Notes: generated by a model not told the origin, from the sequence alone. A stretch of DNA of 35,164 nucleotides from a virus (IMGVR_UViG_3300049139_000031:1-35164); one strand, 5' to 3'. Positions 1-7,303 are shown, counted from the stretch's first letter. Made by a program: numbers and translations.

Positions 1-506
1 GACGCCTTAGTGCAATTCCGGTCATTCGCAGCGCATGTCCAAAAGGCGTCATACGGCCGACCAGTGGACTTCGAAACTCCGGCCGCCTTGAAACTGGCAG
101 GCTGACCGTGCATCTGACACACCGGGGCCGACTGGCCCGGAGGAGTGGGCGGCGCGTACTGCTGCTGCGGGGGCTGGTATGCCTGCTGCGGGGGCTGAGG
201 GGTGTACTGGGGGGCCTGGTAGGTCTGCTGAGGGGGAGAGTACCCCTGAGCCTCCTGCGGCGGCTGAGAGTGCCCCTGGGGCGCTTCCTGGGGGGTCTGG
301 TAACTCGGCTGCTCTACCATCTGCGGTCGCAGCACCCCGAGAGCCACAAGAGAGCAACCCTGCGCAAGCAGATTCCCAACGATATTCAGAAAAGCGTCGT
401 CCATGTCCATCAGCTCACGCTTATTATCCGGCACACTGCCGGGCGTGGTCGTGATCTCGACGTAGCTGTACTCGGCAGAGCCGGGGAAACGGAAAGTAGT
501 CTGCAA
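1..506 (-). CDS. Partial Gln/Pro-rich protein with C-terminal Cys/His (Zn-ribbon-like) motif; runs off the left edge and is missing from the ORF track
   Basis: AGAAAGGA RBS then TTG at 506. The frame MQTTFRFPGSAEYSYVEI...QPPQQQYAPP...CQMHGQPASFKAAGVSKSTGRPYDAFWTCAANDRNCTK stays open to position 1. It resembles the protein next to the Cas4-like nuclease in cluster A-type actinophages. Confidence 0.8.
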   Translation of the reverse strand, partial: MQTTFRFPGSAEYSYVEITTTPGSVPDNKRELMDMDDAFLNIVGNLLAQGCSLVALGVLRPQMVEQPSYQTPQEAPQGHSQPPQEAQGYSPPQQTYQAPQYTPQPPQQAYQPPQQQYAPPTPPGQSAPVCQMHGQPASFKAAGVSKSTGRPYDAFWTCAANDRNCTKA

Positions 507-519
507 AAGGTATTCCTTT

Positions 520-1335
520 CTAGGTTCCCAACATGTGAATGCCCTCGGGCGGCGTGCCGCCTACAAAAGGACAGTGTTTAGCGACATCGCAACGGCTGCA
601 ATGGTCGCCGAGATTGGCAGCAAACATTTCCTCTTCAACAGCCGCATCCATAATCTGGTATTGCGACGTGATGAGAATGTCCGGGACGTCTGCCAAAAAC
701 TGTGGTGACGATGGGCCTTCGTCCTTACACATCCAGTAATCGCCCCAAGAGATCTCGACACCATACTTTTTGTGCATGGCCATCGAATAAGTCTTGAGCT
801 GGATAGGCCCAACAGGGGCTTTAGTGCCCGTCTTGAGATCACGGACCAAGAGCACACCGGTATCGGGGTCTTGCATGATTAGATCAATGAAGCCCTTGAC
901 CTTAACCCCGCCAAAGTCCTCTTCAAATGGGACTTCCGATGCAACCCAACCAGTGTCAGGGAGGGTCCACGGCCGCAGGCGCTCTTTTGCCGTGTTTTCC
1001 ATGTAAGTGAGAACCTGATCCCGACCCTTAACTTTCCGGTCTCTCAGATCAGTCTCAGTCTTCTTAACCCCCGACCTTTGCCAACCGGCCGGATTGGGCT
1101 CTTGCTGCCAAGCCTGGGCTTCCTTCTCTTCCCAGACTGCCTCATATACTCCGAGGACTAACTTTGGATCCATGGACCTGTAGGACTTTTCCCACGACTC
1201 CACGGCTCCGTGAACGGCATTTCCTTGGACGAGCCAACCTGCGGGGCTGGAGGGGAGGTTTAAAACCCGCCCAAGGAAGTACGCGAGTCCACATCTATTG
1301 AAACTATTGAGTTGACTTACGGATCGGTGCGCCAC
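520..1335 (-). CDS. Cas4/RecB-like PD-(D/E)XK exonuclease
   Basis: HRSVSQL..F.RC N-terminus, G.AVH, E-x-GFID-x-DLKTG nuclease core, QLKTY, and C-terminal CxxC-x5-C (four-Cys Fe-S staple). Confidence 0.9.
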   Translation of the reverse strand: MAHRSVSQLNSFNRCGLAYFLGRVLNLPSSPAGWLVQGNAVHGAVESWEKSYRSMDPKLVLGVYEAVWEEKEAQAWQQEPNPAGWQRSGVKKTETDLRDRKVKGRDQVLTYMENTAKERLRPWTLPDTGWVASEVPFEEDFGGVKVKGFIDLIMQDPDTGVLLVRDLKTGTKAPVGPIQLKTYSMAMHKKYGVEISWGDYWMCKDEGPSSPQFLADVPDILITSQYQIMDAAVEEEMFAANLGDHCSRCDVAKHCPFVGGTPPEGIHMLGT

Positions 1336-1618
1336 CGGCGCTCGTGCTGGCGTTGACTCGACTCCTGGCCTCCATCCAATAGTGAATAACTAACGCACCC
1401 CGGCATTCATCGTCGTCCCCATCGAAGAACCTCATCTTTGCCGATGGGGGTAAGAATTGAGTGAGGCAGTCTACTAGTCTACAGAACGTCATCGGCGGCC
1501 TTGCCGTGATCTCGAACAGGGTCCCAAAGGCCCCGGCTGCCGATGTGATCACAAGGTCATCCGTGACCATCAGATCCTCGTGAACGCCCCACAGCTCTGC
1601 CTCAATCGCTCGGTACAA
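1304..1618 (-). CDS. Hypothetical protein
   Basis: GAGGGGGGAG RBS before TTG; co-directional with and overlapping the nuclease gene. Confidence 0.65.
   Translation of the reverse strand: MYRAIEAELWGVHEDLMVTDDLVITSAAGAFGTLFEITARPPMTFCRLVDCLTQFLPPSAKMRFFDGDDDECRGALVIHYWMEARSRVNASTSAGGAPIRKSTQ
1468..1488 (+). repeat. Dispersed motif copy 1: AGTCTACTAGTCTACAGAACG
   Basis: Near-identical to copies at 15771, 27887 and 33908. Confidence 0.8.
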
Positions 1619-1640
1619 ACGAATCTCCCCCCTCGTGGCA

Positions 1641-1668
1641 CTCCTGCCTCACCTTTGAGACGTAGGAG
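1641..1668 (-). terminator. Stem-loop downstream of the repressor gene (possible terminator)
   Basis: Minus strand CTCCT(AC)GTCTCA-AAGG-TGAGGC-AGGAG; no U-tract. Confidence 0.35.
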
Positions 1669-1762
1669 GTCCTATGCTGCCACTCGGGTGCCAGTATCAC
1701 CAGTGTGTATCGGTGTCTGGTGTGTCCGGTGTGCGTTGTTCTGACTCCTCAGACATTACCGG

Positions 1763-1778
1763 TGGGGCCCCATGTGCC
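1763..1778. promoter_or_regulatory. Palindromic operator-like site, copy 1 (TGGGGCCCCA core)
   Basis: This 16-mer is the exact reverse complement of 5387-5402; both copies are intergenic. Confidence 0.45.
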
Positions 1779-1822
1779 GCTACTCCGCAGGCTGTGTTCT
1801 CGAACACGTGAGCCGGTCCACC

Positions 1823-2293
1823 TTACGCTTCGCCATCTTCCTCCAGGTCAGACCGCATATCACGCAAGACGTGATCGATGGCCGCCTTGACCAGGCGGCG
1901 TATATACCAATCGGTGGGGTCCGCTGGCTTGGTGCCCCACCCGATCTCCGGGTCATAGGTCACGTCAAGGTCAGACTCGACCAGCCTCAACGCCCACTGC
2001 ACAGCCTTGCCCCTGTCTGCCCTGTTCTTCGGGTCTCGCCCCTCTGCTGACATGGCCAGCAGTCGAAGCCTCTTGTTAACCGCCGCGTTGTGGTGCTGAA
2101 CCTTGACCGTCCAGGGGATCCACTCGCTGTGGTTCGGCTTGTCGGCAAGGCCCGCGCTGCTCAGTTGCTTCTGAAGCGTGCGCCGGTGTACGCCCAGCGC
2201 GCGGGCCTGCTCTTCCCTGGTGGTGATGCCACGCTGCTCCAGGCTTTGGATTTGCTCACTTAGGAGCGGCTTCCGACTACTCTGTGTAGACAC
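1823..2293 (-). CDS. Immunity repressor, mycobacteriophage L5 gp71 / Streptomyces R4-like type
   Basis: N-terminal HTH (EEQARALGVHRRTLQKQL) followed by the IPW..K..H, RLR, W...L and V.YDP..G pattern of this family. GTG at 2293 has better RBS spacing than ATG at 2299. Confidence 0.75.
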   Translation of the reverse strand: MSTQSSRKPLLSEQIQSLEQRGITTREEQARALGVHRRTLQKQLSSAGLADKPNHSEWIPWTVKVQHHNAAVNKRLRLLAMSAEGRDPKNRADRGKAVQWALRLVESDLDVTYDPEIGWGTKPADPTDWYIRRLVKAAIDHVLRDMRSDLEEDGEA

Positions 2294-2469
2294 GTGCATA
2301 CCTCGCCTTGGTCTCTGATCTGGCCTCAGTGTCCCGTGAAGGAGCCTTAGACGTCCATACCAATGTGTTGGTTGTCACTCACAGCAAACCGTAACAATCC
2401 CGACATCTGATCACTAGCAACAGGGAGTGCCCGACACGCTACGTGTGACAGACGTGCGACAAACCACCC

Positions 2470-2579
2470 CCCACCAGACCCGACTAGACCGGAGTCGATG
2501 GATGCCGCCGAGGCTAGCCATGTGCTTAAACAACCAGGTCAGCCCCTAGATTCCCACCAGACCCGGCTAGGCCGGAGTC
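2470..2579 (+). repeat. 27-bp direct repeat pair (2470-2496 and 2553-2579) between repressor and integrase
   Basis: CCCACCAGACCCGACTAGACCGGAGTC versus CCCACCAGACCCGGCTAGGCCGGAGTC, 2 mismatches, 83-bp period. Confidence 0.8.
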
Positions 2580-2583
2580 ACGT

Positions 2584-2607
2584 TCGTGATACTCAGTGAT
2601 ATCACGA
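2584..2607. other. Candidate attP core (8-bp inverted repeat around an 8-bp spacer)
   Basis: TCGTGATA-CTCAGTGA-TATCACGA just upstream of the tyrosine integrase; the geometry fits a tyrosine-recombinase core site. Confidence 0.35.
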
Positions 2608-2653
2608 CAATGAGCCTGTTTTCCCAGGTCAGAGCACTCTGCGACAGTTCGTG

Positions 2654-2690
2654 TTGCAGATTTTGTGACAAACGTGCAAGACTCGACCCA
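2654..2690 (+). promoter_or_regulatory. Putative leaderless promoter of the integrase
   Basis: TTGCAG-N18-AAGACT-N6-ATG with no SD sequence. Confidence 0.35.
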
Positions 2691-3949
2691 TGGCAACTTC
2701 AAGATCGCAAACCAAGAAGAGCAGGGCACGCAACGGGTCTGGCACCGTCACCCCGAGGACTACGGCTGACGGCACGGTCGTCTACGACGCCCTGACGCCC
2801 AAGATCTTCGACCCTGACCGGGGCCTTGAGAGGCGTATCTCCCTACGTGGGCACGAGACCAAGCAGGCTGCACAGGAGTGGATCACCAAGACCATCGCGG
2901 CGGCGGCCAACGGTCAGAGAGTGATCGAGAGGCGCGGCGGTGTCACGGTTGACGACATGGTCACAGCGTGGAAGGAGACCAGTCCCCTCAAGGCAAGCAC
3001 GGTCGAACAGTACGTCTACCGTTACACCAACTCAGCGAAGAAGCTGATCGGCAAGAGATCCATTGCAAAAATCAAGTCAACCGACATCGATGCCCTGTTC
3101 TCTGAACTTAGCAAGAAGTTCAAGCCGACCACGCTTCGGACTCTCGTCCGGTGCCTACTCCAGGTGTGGGACTACGCCGAGCGTGACGGGAAGGTTTCTG
3201 TCAACGTCATGCGCACTTCCCCATGGCGTCAAAGACTGTGGCGCGATGCACGAGCACAGAGGGATGAAAAGATCATCCGCAAGGAAGTTGAAGACGGCGG
3301 AGTTATCAAGGTTTTCACATCCGACCAGTTTAAGAGGCTGGTTGAATTCGAAAGGCATTGGCGCTATCGCGTCATATGGGAGTTTGTCGTCATGACCGGT
3401 GCTCGTGCCGGGGAGGTGTGCGGGCTTAGGTGGTCTGATGTCGTTTTTGACAAAGGCGTCATCTGGTTCTGTGACAACTTCCAGAAAGTAGGGAATCGCT
3501 ACATCCTGGTTGACACCCCGAAGGGGAACCGGCGGCGAATGATTCCGGCATCTCCGGAGGTGCTTGAACTGCTCAAGCGACAGCGTGAAGTCATCTCAGA
3601 AGCGCGGGCAAAGTATGGCAGCCAGTGGATTGACCACGACTTAGTCTTTCCTCGCACAGAGCATCACCGCCACCAGGCCACGCCCGTAGGCGGGCACAGA
3701 GCACCGGACACGATCTATCACCACTTCTCGATTCAGTGCAGGAAGCTCGGACTTCCGGAGATCACCCTTCACGGCCTACGGCACACGTGCGCGTCAGCGA
3801 TGTACGCGAGGGGCGTTAGCCTTAAGACGATTCAGGAAATCTTGGGCCATCGCGTAGATATCACCACTCTTGTCTACGTTCACACCGGCGTTGACGCCCA
3901 GCGAGAGGCTATGACCCGCGTGGTGGATTGGGTGGGACGGGCAGCATAG
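2690..3949 (+). CDS. int: Tyrosine integrase
   Basis: N-terminal RNGSGTV arm-binding region; catalytic R (TGARAGE), K (TPKG), HGLRH, LGH and Y (LVYVH). Confidence 0.95.
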   Translation: MATSRSQTKKSRARNGSGTVTPRTTADGTVVYDALTPKIFDPDRGLERRISLRGHETKQAAQEWITKTIAAAANGQRVIERRGGVTVDDMVTAWKETSPLKASTVEQYVYRYTNSAKKLIGKRSIAKIKSTDIDALFSELSKKFKPTTLRTLVRCLLQVWDYAERDGKVSVNVMRTSPWRQRLWRDARAQRDEKIIRKEVEDGGVIKVFTSDQFKRLVEFERHWRYRVIWEFVVMTGARAGEVCGLRWSDVVFDKGVIWFCDNFQKVGNRYILVDTPKGNRRRMIPASPEVLELLKRQREVISEARAKYGSQWIDHDLVFPRTEHHRHQATPVGGHRAPDTIYHHFSIQCRKLGLPEITLHGLRHTCASAMYARGVSLKTIQEILGHRVDITTLVYVHTGVDAQREAMTRVVDWVGRAA

Positions 3950-3962
3950 GAGACGGACAGGT

Positions 3963-3991
3963 AAGGCCCTCCCGATCGGGAGGGCCTTTTT
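3963..3991. terminator. Intrinsic terminator between convergent int and xis (probably bidirectional)
   Basis: Perfect 26-bp palindrome AAGGCCCTCCCGATCGGGAGGGCCTT followed by TTT. Confidence 0.85.
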
Positions 3992-4188
3992 CATGCTGCG
4001 TCTAGATACTTGAGCGGTGTTCCGCCCCTGCACGTTTCCAGCCAGGCATGCACCTCTGACCATCTGTAACGGTATTCACGGCGCAGCTTCATGTGTGGGA
4101 TTTCGTGGTTATTCTCGTAGATCCACGATTTCTTGGCTCCGAGCACGGCCGCTAGTTCATCCACCGTCAGGAGTGGTTCAATGTCTAC
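3991..4188 (-). CDS. xis: Excisionase / MerR-like HTH_17 protein (about 65 aa); start codon ambiguous
   Basis: LLTVDELAAVLGAKKSWIY...IPHMKL..EYRYRWSEVHAWL. Strong RBS AGAAAGGAAGG, but the codon at the usual spacing is GTA. Confidence 0.8.
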   Translation of the reverse strand, partial: VDIEPLLTVDELAAVLGAKKSWIYENNHEIPHMKLRREYRYRWSEVHAWLETCRGGTPLKYLDAA

Positions 4189-4204
4189 TTGCTCACCTTC
4201 CTTT

Positions 4205-4723
4205 CTATGCGGCTGCTTCCTGTGGACTAGTGGACTGACTTGCCAGGCAGACGCGGGCCTTATCGGTGAGTTCTCCGCAAGCCCTACCGGCGATGCGGAT
4301 AGCAGGCCCGCTGGTAAGCATCCCCAGTCGCCGCGCTGTTTCGACCCACGTGGTAGCCATGCGCGGGCGCACGCCCGCATAGTTGGCGAGAACCTGCGTA
4401 ACTCCCTTCTCCCCCTCTTGGACCGCCAAAGCGTAGAAGAGAGCTACATGGGCGTAGAAGGCGCTGGCATCCTCCGGCCGTTGCCGGAATCCCGGCTTGT
4501 GGTCTGACAGCCAATCGCCTACGACTCGAAGGCTGCCCAGGATTTTCAGCGTGTCCGGGTTCATGGATTTGATGTCGAGTCTACGAATGGCCCTTTCTGT
4601 GATCCCCCTAATGGCGGGGTGGTGATCCACTGTAATGAGGAGTTCGACGGGGTCCAAGCAGCTTGTATCCCAGCCGGTTCTAACAACGAGGCCACCTACA
4701 TAGGCGGTGTTGAAAGTTACCAT
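4205..4723 (-). CDS. Putative DNA-binding protein of the type found beside actinobacterial integrases (DUF6214-like C-terminal HTH)
   Basis: FYAHVA..Y..AV...LANYAGVRPRMATTWVETARRLGML; overlaps the upstream gene. Confidence 0.55.
   Translation of the reverse strand: MVTFNTAYVGGLVVRTGWDTSCLDPVELLITVDHHPAIRGITERAIRRLDIKSMNPDTLKILGSLRVVGDWLSDHKPGFRQRPEDASAFYAHVALFYALAVQEGEKGVTQVLANYAGVRPRMATTWVETARRLGMLTSGPAIRIAGRACGELTDKARVCLASQSTSPQEAAA
4216..4237 (-). repeat. Dispersed motif, variant copy: CAGTCCACTAGTCCACAGGAAG
   Basis: Same 8-bp tandem structure with T>C in both halves; lies just upstream of the xis RBS. Confidence 0.55.
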
Positions 4724-5364
4724 GTAGCCTCCTCGCCAAGCGCCGCCTTATGGCGCTTAGGATCAATGGGCTCAATGAGCACTTCATAGTGCTCACCGAT
4801 TTTTGCAAGGACCGTGTCGTCTTCTCCGGAGAAATACAGATGAACGCCTTGGTCCTTTTCGGCCTTTACCATCCCGATTTTCTGGCAGTACTTTCGGGAT
4901 AGCAACACTTTCCGCGCTTGCGGGTCACACGCCCTTTCAGCGAGTAAATCCCGGAACACGGAAAGCTTAATTTCGTCCCAGGAGTCATCGGCGATGCCGT
5001 CTTCAAAAATGTCATCCATGCACAAATCTTTTTCGTCGTCTTCGCCCCTGTACCAAATCTCATGTTTACTCATGTCGAATTCGAGCGACACGCTTTCTTT
5101 CTTACCTTCCCTGCATCGGACTTCTAATGCGGCAAGGTCCTCGTAGGTGACTTTGAAGGCGACGCCATCGGCGGTGAGCAGGTGCTTGGGTCGCTCCAGG
5201 GGGAGATGGGAGTATGACAGAGCGTAACTATCGGTTGTGATGATGGTCACACGGCTAGACGTGACGACGATCCAGGCGAACGCCCATAACCCCGTCTTGG
5301 GGCACAGGCGCAGGGCGTTGTACGTCGCCCGTGCTAGCGCGTCTGCGCTGGTGGTGATGTTCAT
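4717..5364 (-). CDS. Hypothetical protein, possibly with a DNA polymerase III beta-clamp-like fold
   Basis: Helix, then beta strands ending in VTIITTDSYALS (compare ATDxxRLA of DnaN), and a C-terminal strand pattern (HLYFSG..DTVL...YEVLIEP). Confidence 0.45.
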   Translation of the reverse strand: MNITTSADALARATYNALRLCPKTGLWAFAWIVVTSSRVTIITTDSYALSYSHLPLERPKHLLTADGVAFKVTYEDLAALEVRCREGKKESVSLEFDMSKHEIWYRGEDDEKDLCMDDIFEDGIADDSWDEIKLSVFRDLLAERACDPQARKVLLSRKYCQKIGMVKAEKDQGVHLYFSGEDDTVLAKIGEHYEVLIEPIDPKRHKAALGEEATW

Positions 5365-5426
5365 GCGGACAACATACGCCTACGGGGGCACATGGGGCCC
5401 CATCCGATTGTGTGACCTTCGTCACA
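5365..5426 (-). promoter_or_regulatory. Leaderless leftward promoter with a palindromic site at -35 and an upstream CRP-like box
   Basis: TATGTT (5371-5376)-N6-ATG(5364); ATGGGGCCCCAT at 5392-5403; TGTGA-N6-TCACA at 5411-5426. Confidence 0.5.
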
Positions 5427-5568
5427 CTGCTACCGGTTGGTAGGTTCTCCACGGAGAGTAATGATAGAGATCACGTAGGAGAGTGTGACAGATCGTGTGA
5501 CACAGATGTAGAGCGGGAAGCGAAACGCCGAAGACCATGCCGTTATGCAGCCCTGCGGGGCTGCGTTG

Positions 5569-5700
5569 ATAAAAGCGCTTATAACTACTTACTATAAGGG
5601 AGCTTCGCTCCCTATATAATATATACTTACTAATACTTACTACTTACTTATAGGGGAGCTTCGCTCCCCATATATACTATATATAATAAGCTTACAATCT
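5569..5700. other. AT-rich region with TACTTAC repeats and two GGGAGC-TTC-GCTCCC hairpins (candidate origin or late promoter)
   Basis: Hairpins at 5597-5613 and 5653-5669 sit within two imperfect direct repeats about 56 bp apart; strongly AT-rich compared with the flanks. Confidence 0.6.
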
Positions 5701-5712
5701 CCGGGGGAGATA

Positions 5713-6033
5713 TTGCCTAGAGCAAAGTCTATCTGCTCCGTTGATAAATGCACCCGCGTAGCGGTTGCACATAGTCGTTGTCCAACGCACAAGAGACCCG
5801 CTTGGGCGGGTTCACGAAGGAACATTAATCGTCCTTCGGACTGGAAGAAACGACGAAGCTTAACCATCCGACGAGATGGATTTAAGTGCATTCTTTGCGG
5901 GTCCTCCGGACCCTTAGAGGTTGACCATATTCTCCCCGTTGCAAAAGGTGGCTCTTGGGAGCTAACCAATCTGCAGACGCTTTGCGTCGAATGCCATCGG
6001 GTTAAAACCATCGGCGATAATCGCCGGACATGA
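5713..6033 (+). CDS. HNH endonuclease (terminase-associated type)
   Basis: RDGFKCILCG...EVDHILPVAKGGSWELTNLQTLCVECHRVKT; lies upstream of terS. Confidence 0.92.
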   Translation: MPRAKSICSVDKCTRVAVAHSRCPTHKRPAWAGSRRNINRPSDWKKRRSLTIRRDGFKCILCGSSGPLEVDHILPVAKGGSWELTNLQTLCVECHRVKTIGDNRRT

Positions 6034-6202
6034 AAAAGGGTGTCTCGCGGCAACGAGACACCCTCACGCACAACCGAGAGCGAGACCCCCCGACCACCAG
6101 CAACGGAAGGCCAGGGGGCCTCTGACCCCTCAATGGTCAGGTGCACGGTGATCGCACCGCGTACCCAGGAAGACCATAGCAGAACCGCCGACTGGTTGAA
6201 CC

Positions 6203-6430
6203 GTGACCTTGTCGTTACAGACAGTGATCGAAGCCGAGGAGTACCTTGGTCTCGTGATCGAGATGTGGCGAGATGCTCAAGGTCGCCTGTGGATGGACAC
6301 CGGGATCAAGGACGTTGACGAAGAGATCATCATCCAACTCCTTGACGGCAGCCTGTCGGGGGCCTTGCCCAAGATCGCGTTCGGCATGCCTGGCGGGCTG
6401 ACGAGGGTTGGATTCCGCAAGTTTAAGTAG
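6203..6430 (+). CDS. Hypothetical protein
   Basis: Protein-like composition, co-directional in the late operon; no clear RBS. Confidence 0.55.
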   Translation: MTLSLQTVIEAEEYLGLVIEMWRDAQGRLWMDTGIKDVDEEIIIQLLDGSLSGALPKIAFGMPGGLTRVGFRKFK

Positions 6431-6469
6431 GCCCCACGGGGCTCTGAGAGCCCTGGAGAGGGGAGCAGC

Positions 6470-6904
6470 ATGGCAGGACGAGGAGCAGCGCCCAAAGAGG
6501 CGCACCAGCGCCAGAGGGACACACGTAGGCGCATCGATGACAAGGCCGTCAGGGTTCCGGATCAGCCGTACGCGGGTGACGTGCCCGAGCTGCCCGAGCA
6601 TGACTGGCTACCAGCCACCCTTGACTGGTGGGCCACCTGGACGGCAGCGCCGCAGGCGCACATGTTCACTGTGACTGACTGGCAATTCCTGGTCGAGACT
6701 GCGTTTCTGACGAATGCTTTCTATGGCGGAAACATGGCTGTAGCTTCCGAGCTTCGGTTGAGGATGGCTAAATTTGGTGCAACTCCTGAAGATCGCGCAC
6801 GCCTCCGGTTGCAATTCGTTCCACCGGATGAGAATGACAAGCCTAATCTTGCTGTAGTGAAACCCATTAAGGGTCAAGCGTTCATGGATCTTTCGGAGGA
6901 ATAA
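6470..6904 (+). CDS. terS: Terminase small subunit
   Basis: MAGRGAAPK start, W...T.DWW..W..AP, DWQFL.ETA and ELRLR.AKFGATPEDRARLR, typical of actinophage TerS; GGAGAGGGGAG RBS. Confidence 0.88.
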   Translation: MAGRGAAPKEAHQRQRDTRRRIDDKAVRVPDQPYAGDVPELPEHDWLPATLDWWATWTAAPQAHMFTVTDWQFLVETAFLTNAFYGGNMAVASELRLRMAKFGATPEDRARLRLQFVPPDENDKPNLAVVKPIKGQAFMDLSEE

Positions 6905-7122
6905 TGCTCAACCCAGACGAGTACAAGACTCGCTTTTCTTATCATCCCCCCAAGGATGAGGCTACTGCGAACAGGCATGAAGAGATTCGCTATCAGTGCG
7001 AGTTTTTGACTCGGAAGCTTGCGAGCCTTGCCCCGGAGAGCCGGGAACTAGCCCTAGCGATTACCAAGGTTGAAGAGGCAATGATGTGGGCTAACGCTGG
7101 CATTGCAAGGAATCAGGACTAA
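6904..7122 (+). CDS. Acb2/Tad1-like helical-hairpin protein (putative immune-signal sponge)
   Basis: RFSYHPP...SRELALAITKVEEAMMWANAGIARN resembles the RE.A.AITKLEEA.MW helix of Tad1; GGAGG RBS and TAATG coupling to terS. Confidence 0.65.
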   Translation: MLNPDEYKTRFSYHPPKDEATANRHEEIRYQCEFLTRKLASLAPESRELALAITKVEEAMMWANAGIARNQD

Positions 7123-7139
7123 AGGGGGAGACCCTACGT

Positions 7140-7211
7140 CGCGGGATAGTGAAAGGGTAATCACATCAGTTTCATATGCTGATATTACGGGTTCGAATCC
7201 CGTTCCCGCTA
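7140..7211 (+). tRNA. tRNA-Met/fMet (CAT)
   Basis: Full cloverleaf, anticodon 7173-7175, TTCGAAT T-loop, C1:T72 mismatch. Confidence 0.85.
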
Positions 7212-7212
7212 C

Positions 7213-7303
7213 GACGACCGTAGCTTAATGGTAGAGCGCTGAACATCCGGTTTAGTCGGTCTTAAAGTCAGTATGGTGCGGGTTCGAATCCCGTGGGTCG
7301 TCA
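7213..7303 (+). ncRNA. tRNA-like RNA with an 18-nt insertion in the anticodon arm
   Basis: Acceptor GACGACC/GGTCGTC, D arm GCTT-AATGGTA-GAGC, T arm GCGGG-TTCGAAT-CCCGT; GCTGA/TCAGT closes a 25-nt loop. Confidence 0.7.

Noticed and set aside
49-581. ORF-track calls 49-357(-), 108-581(+) and 179-454(+)
   Set aside because: They are alternative frames or shadows of the real minus-strand gene starting at 506, which has the RBS and recognisable motifs.
520-1335. Cas4-like gene as a sign of a CRISPR-Cas system
   Set aside because: No cas1/cas2 and no repeat-spacer array in the window; solo Cas4-like nucleases are routine in these phages.
1703-1735. Short GGTGT-rich tandem repeats and a 19-codon ORF downstream of the repressor
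   Set aside because: Too short and irregular to support as a gene or binding array.
5640-6146. 168-aa minus-strand ORF over the HNH gene
   Set aside because: Antisense to a well-supported gene and runs into the non-coding AT-rich region.
6034-6202. cos site between HNH and terS
   Set aside because: The position is plausible, but I could not identify a specific cohesive-end sequence; read-termini data are needed.
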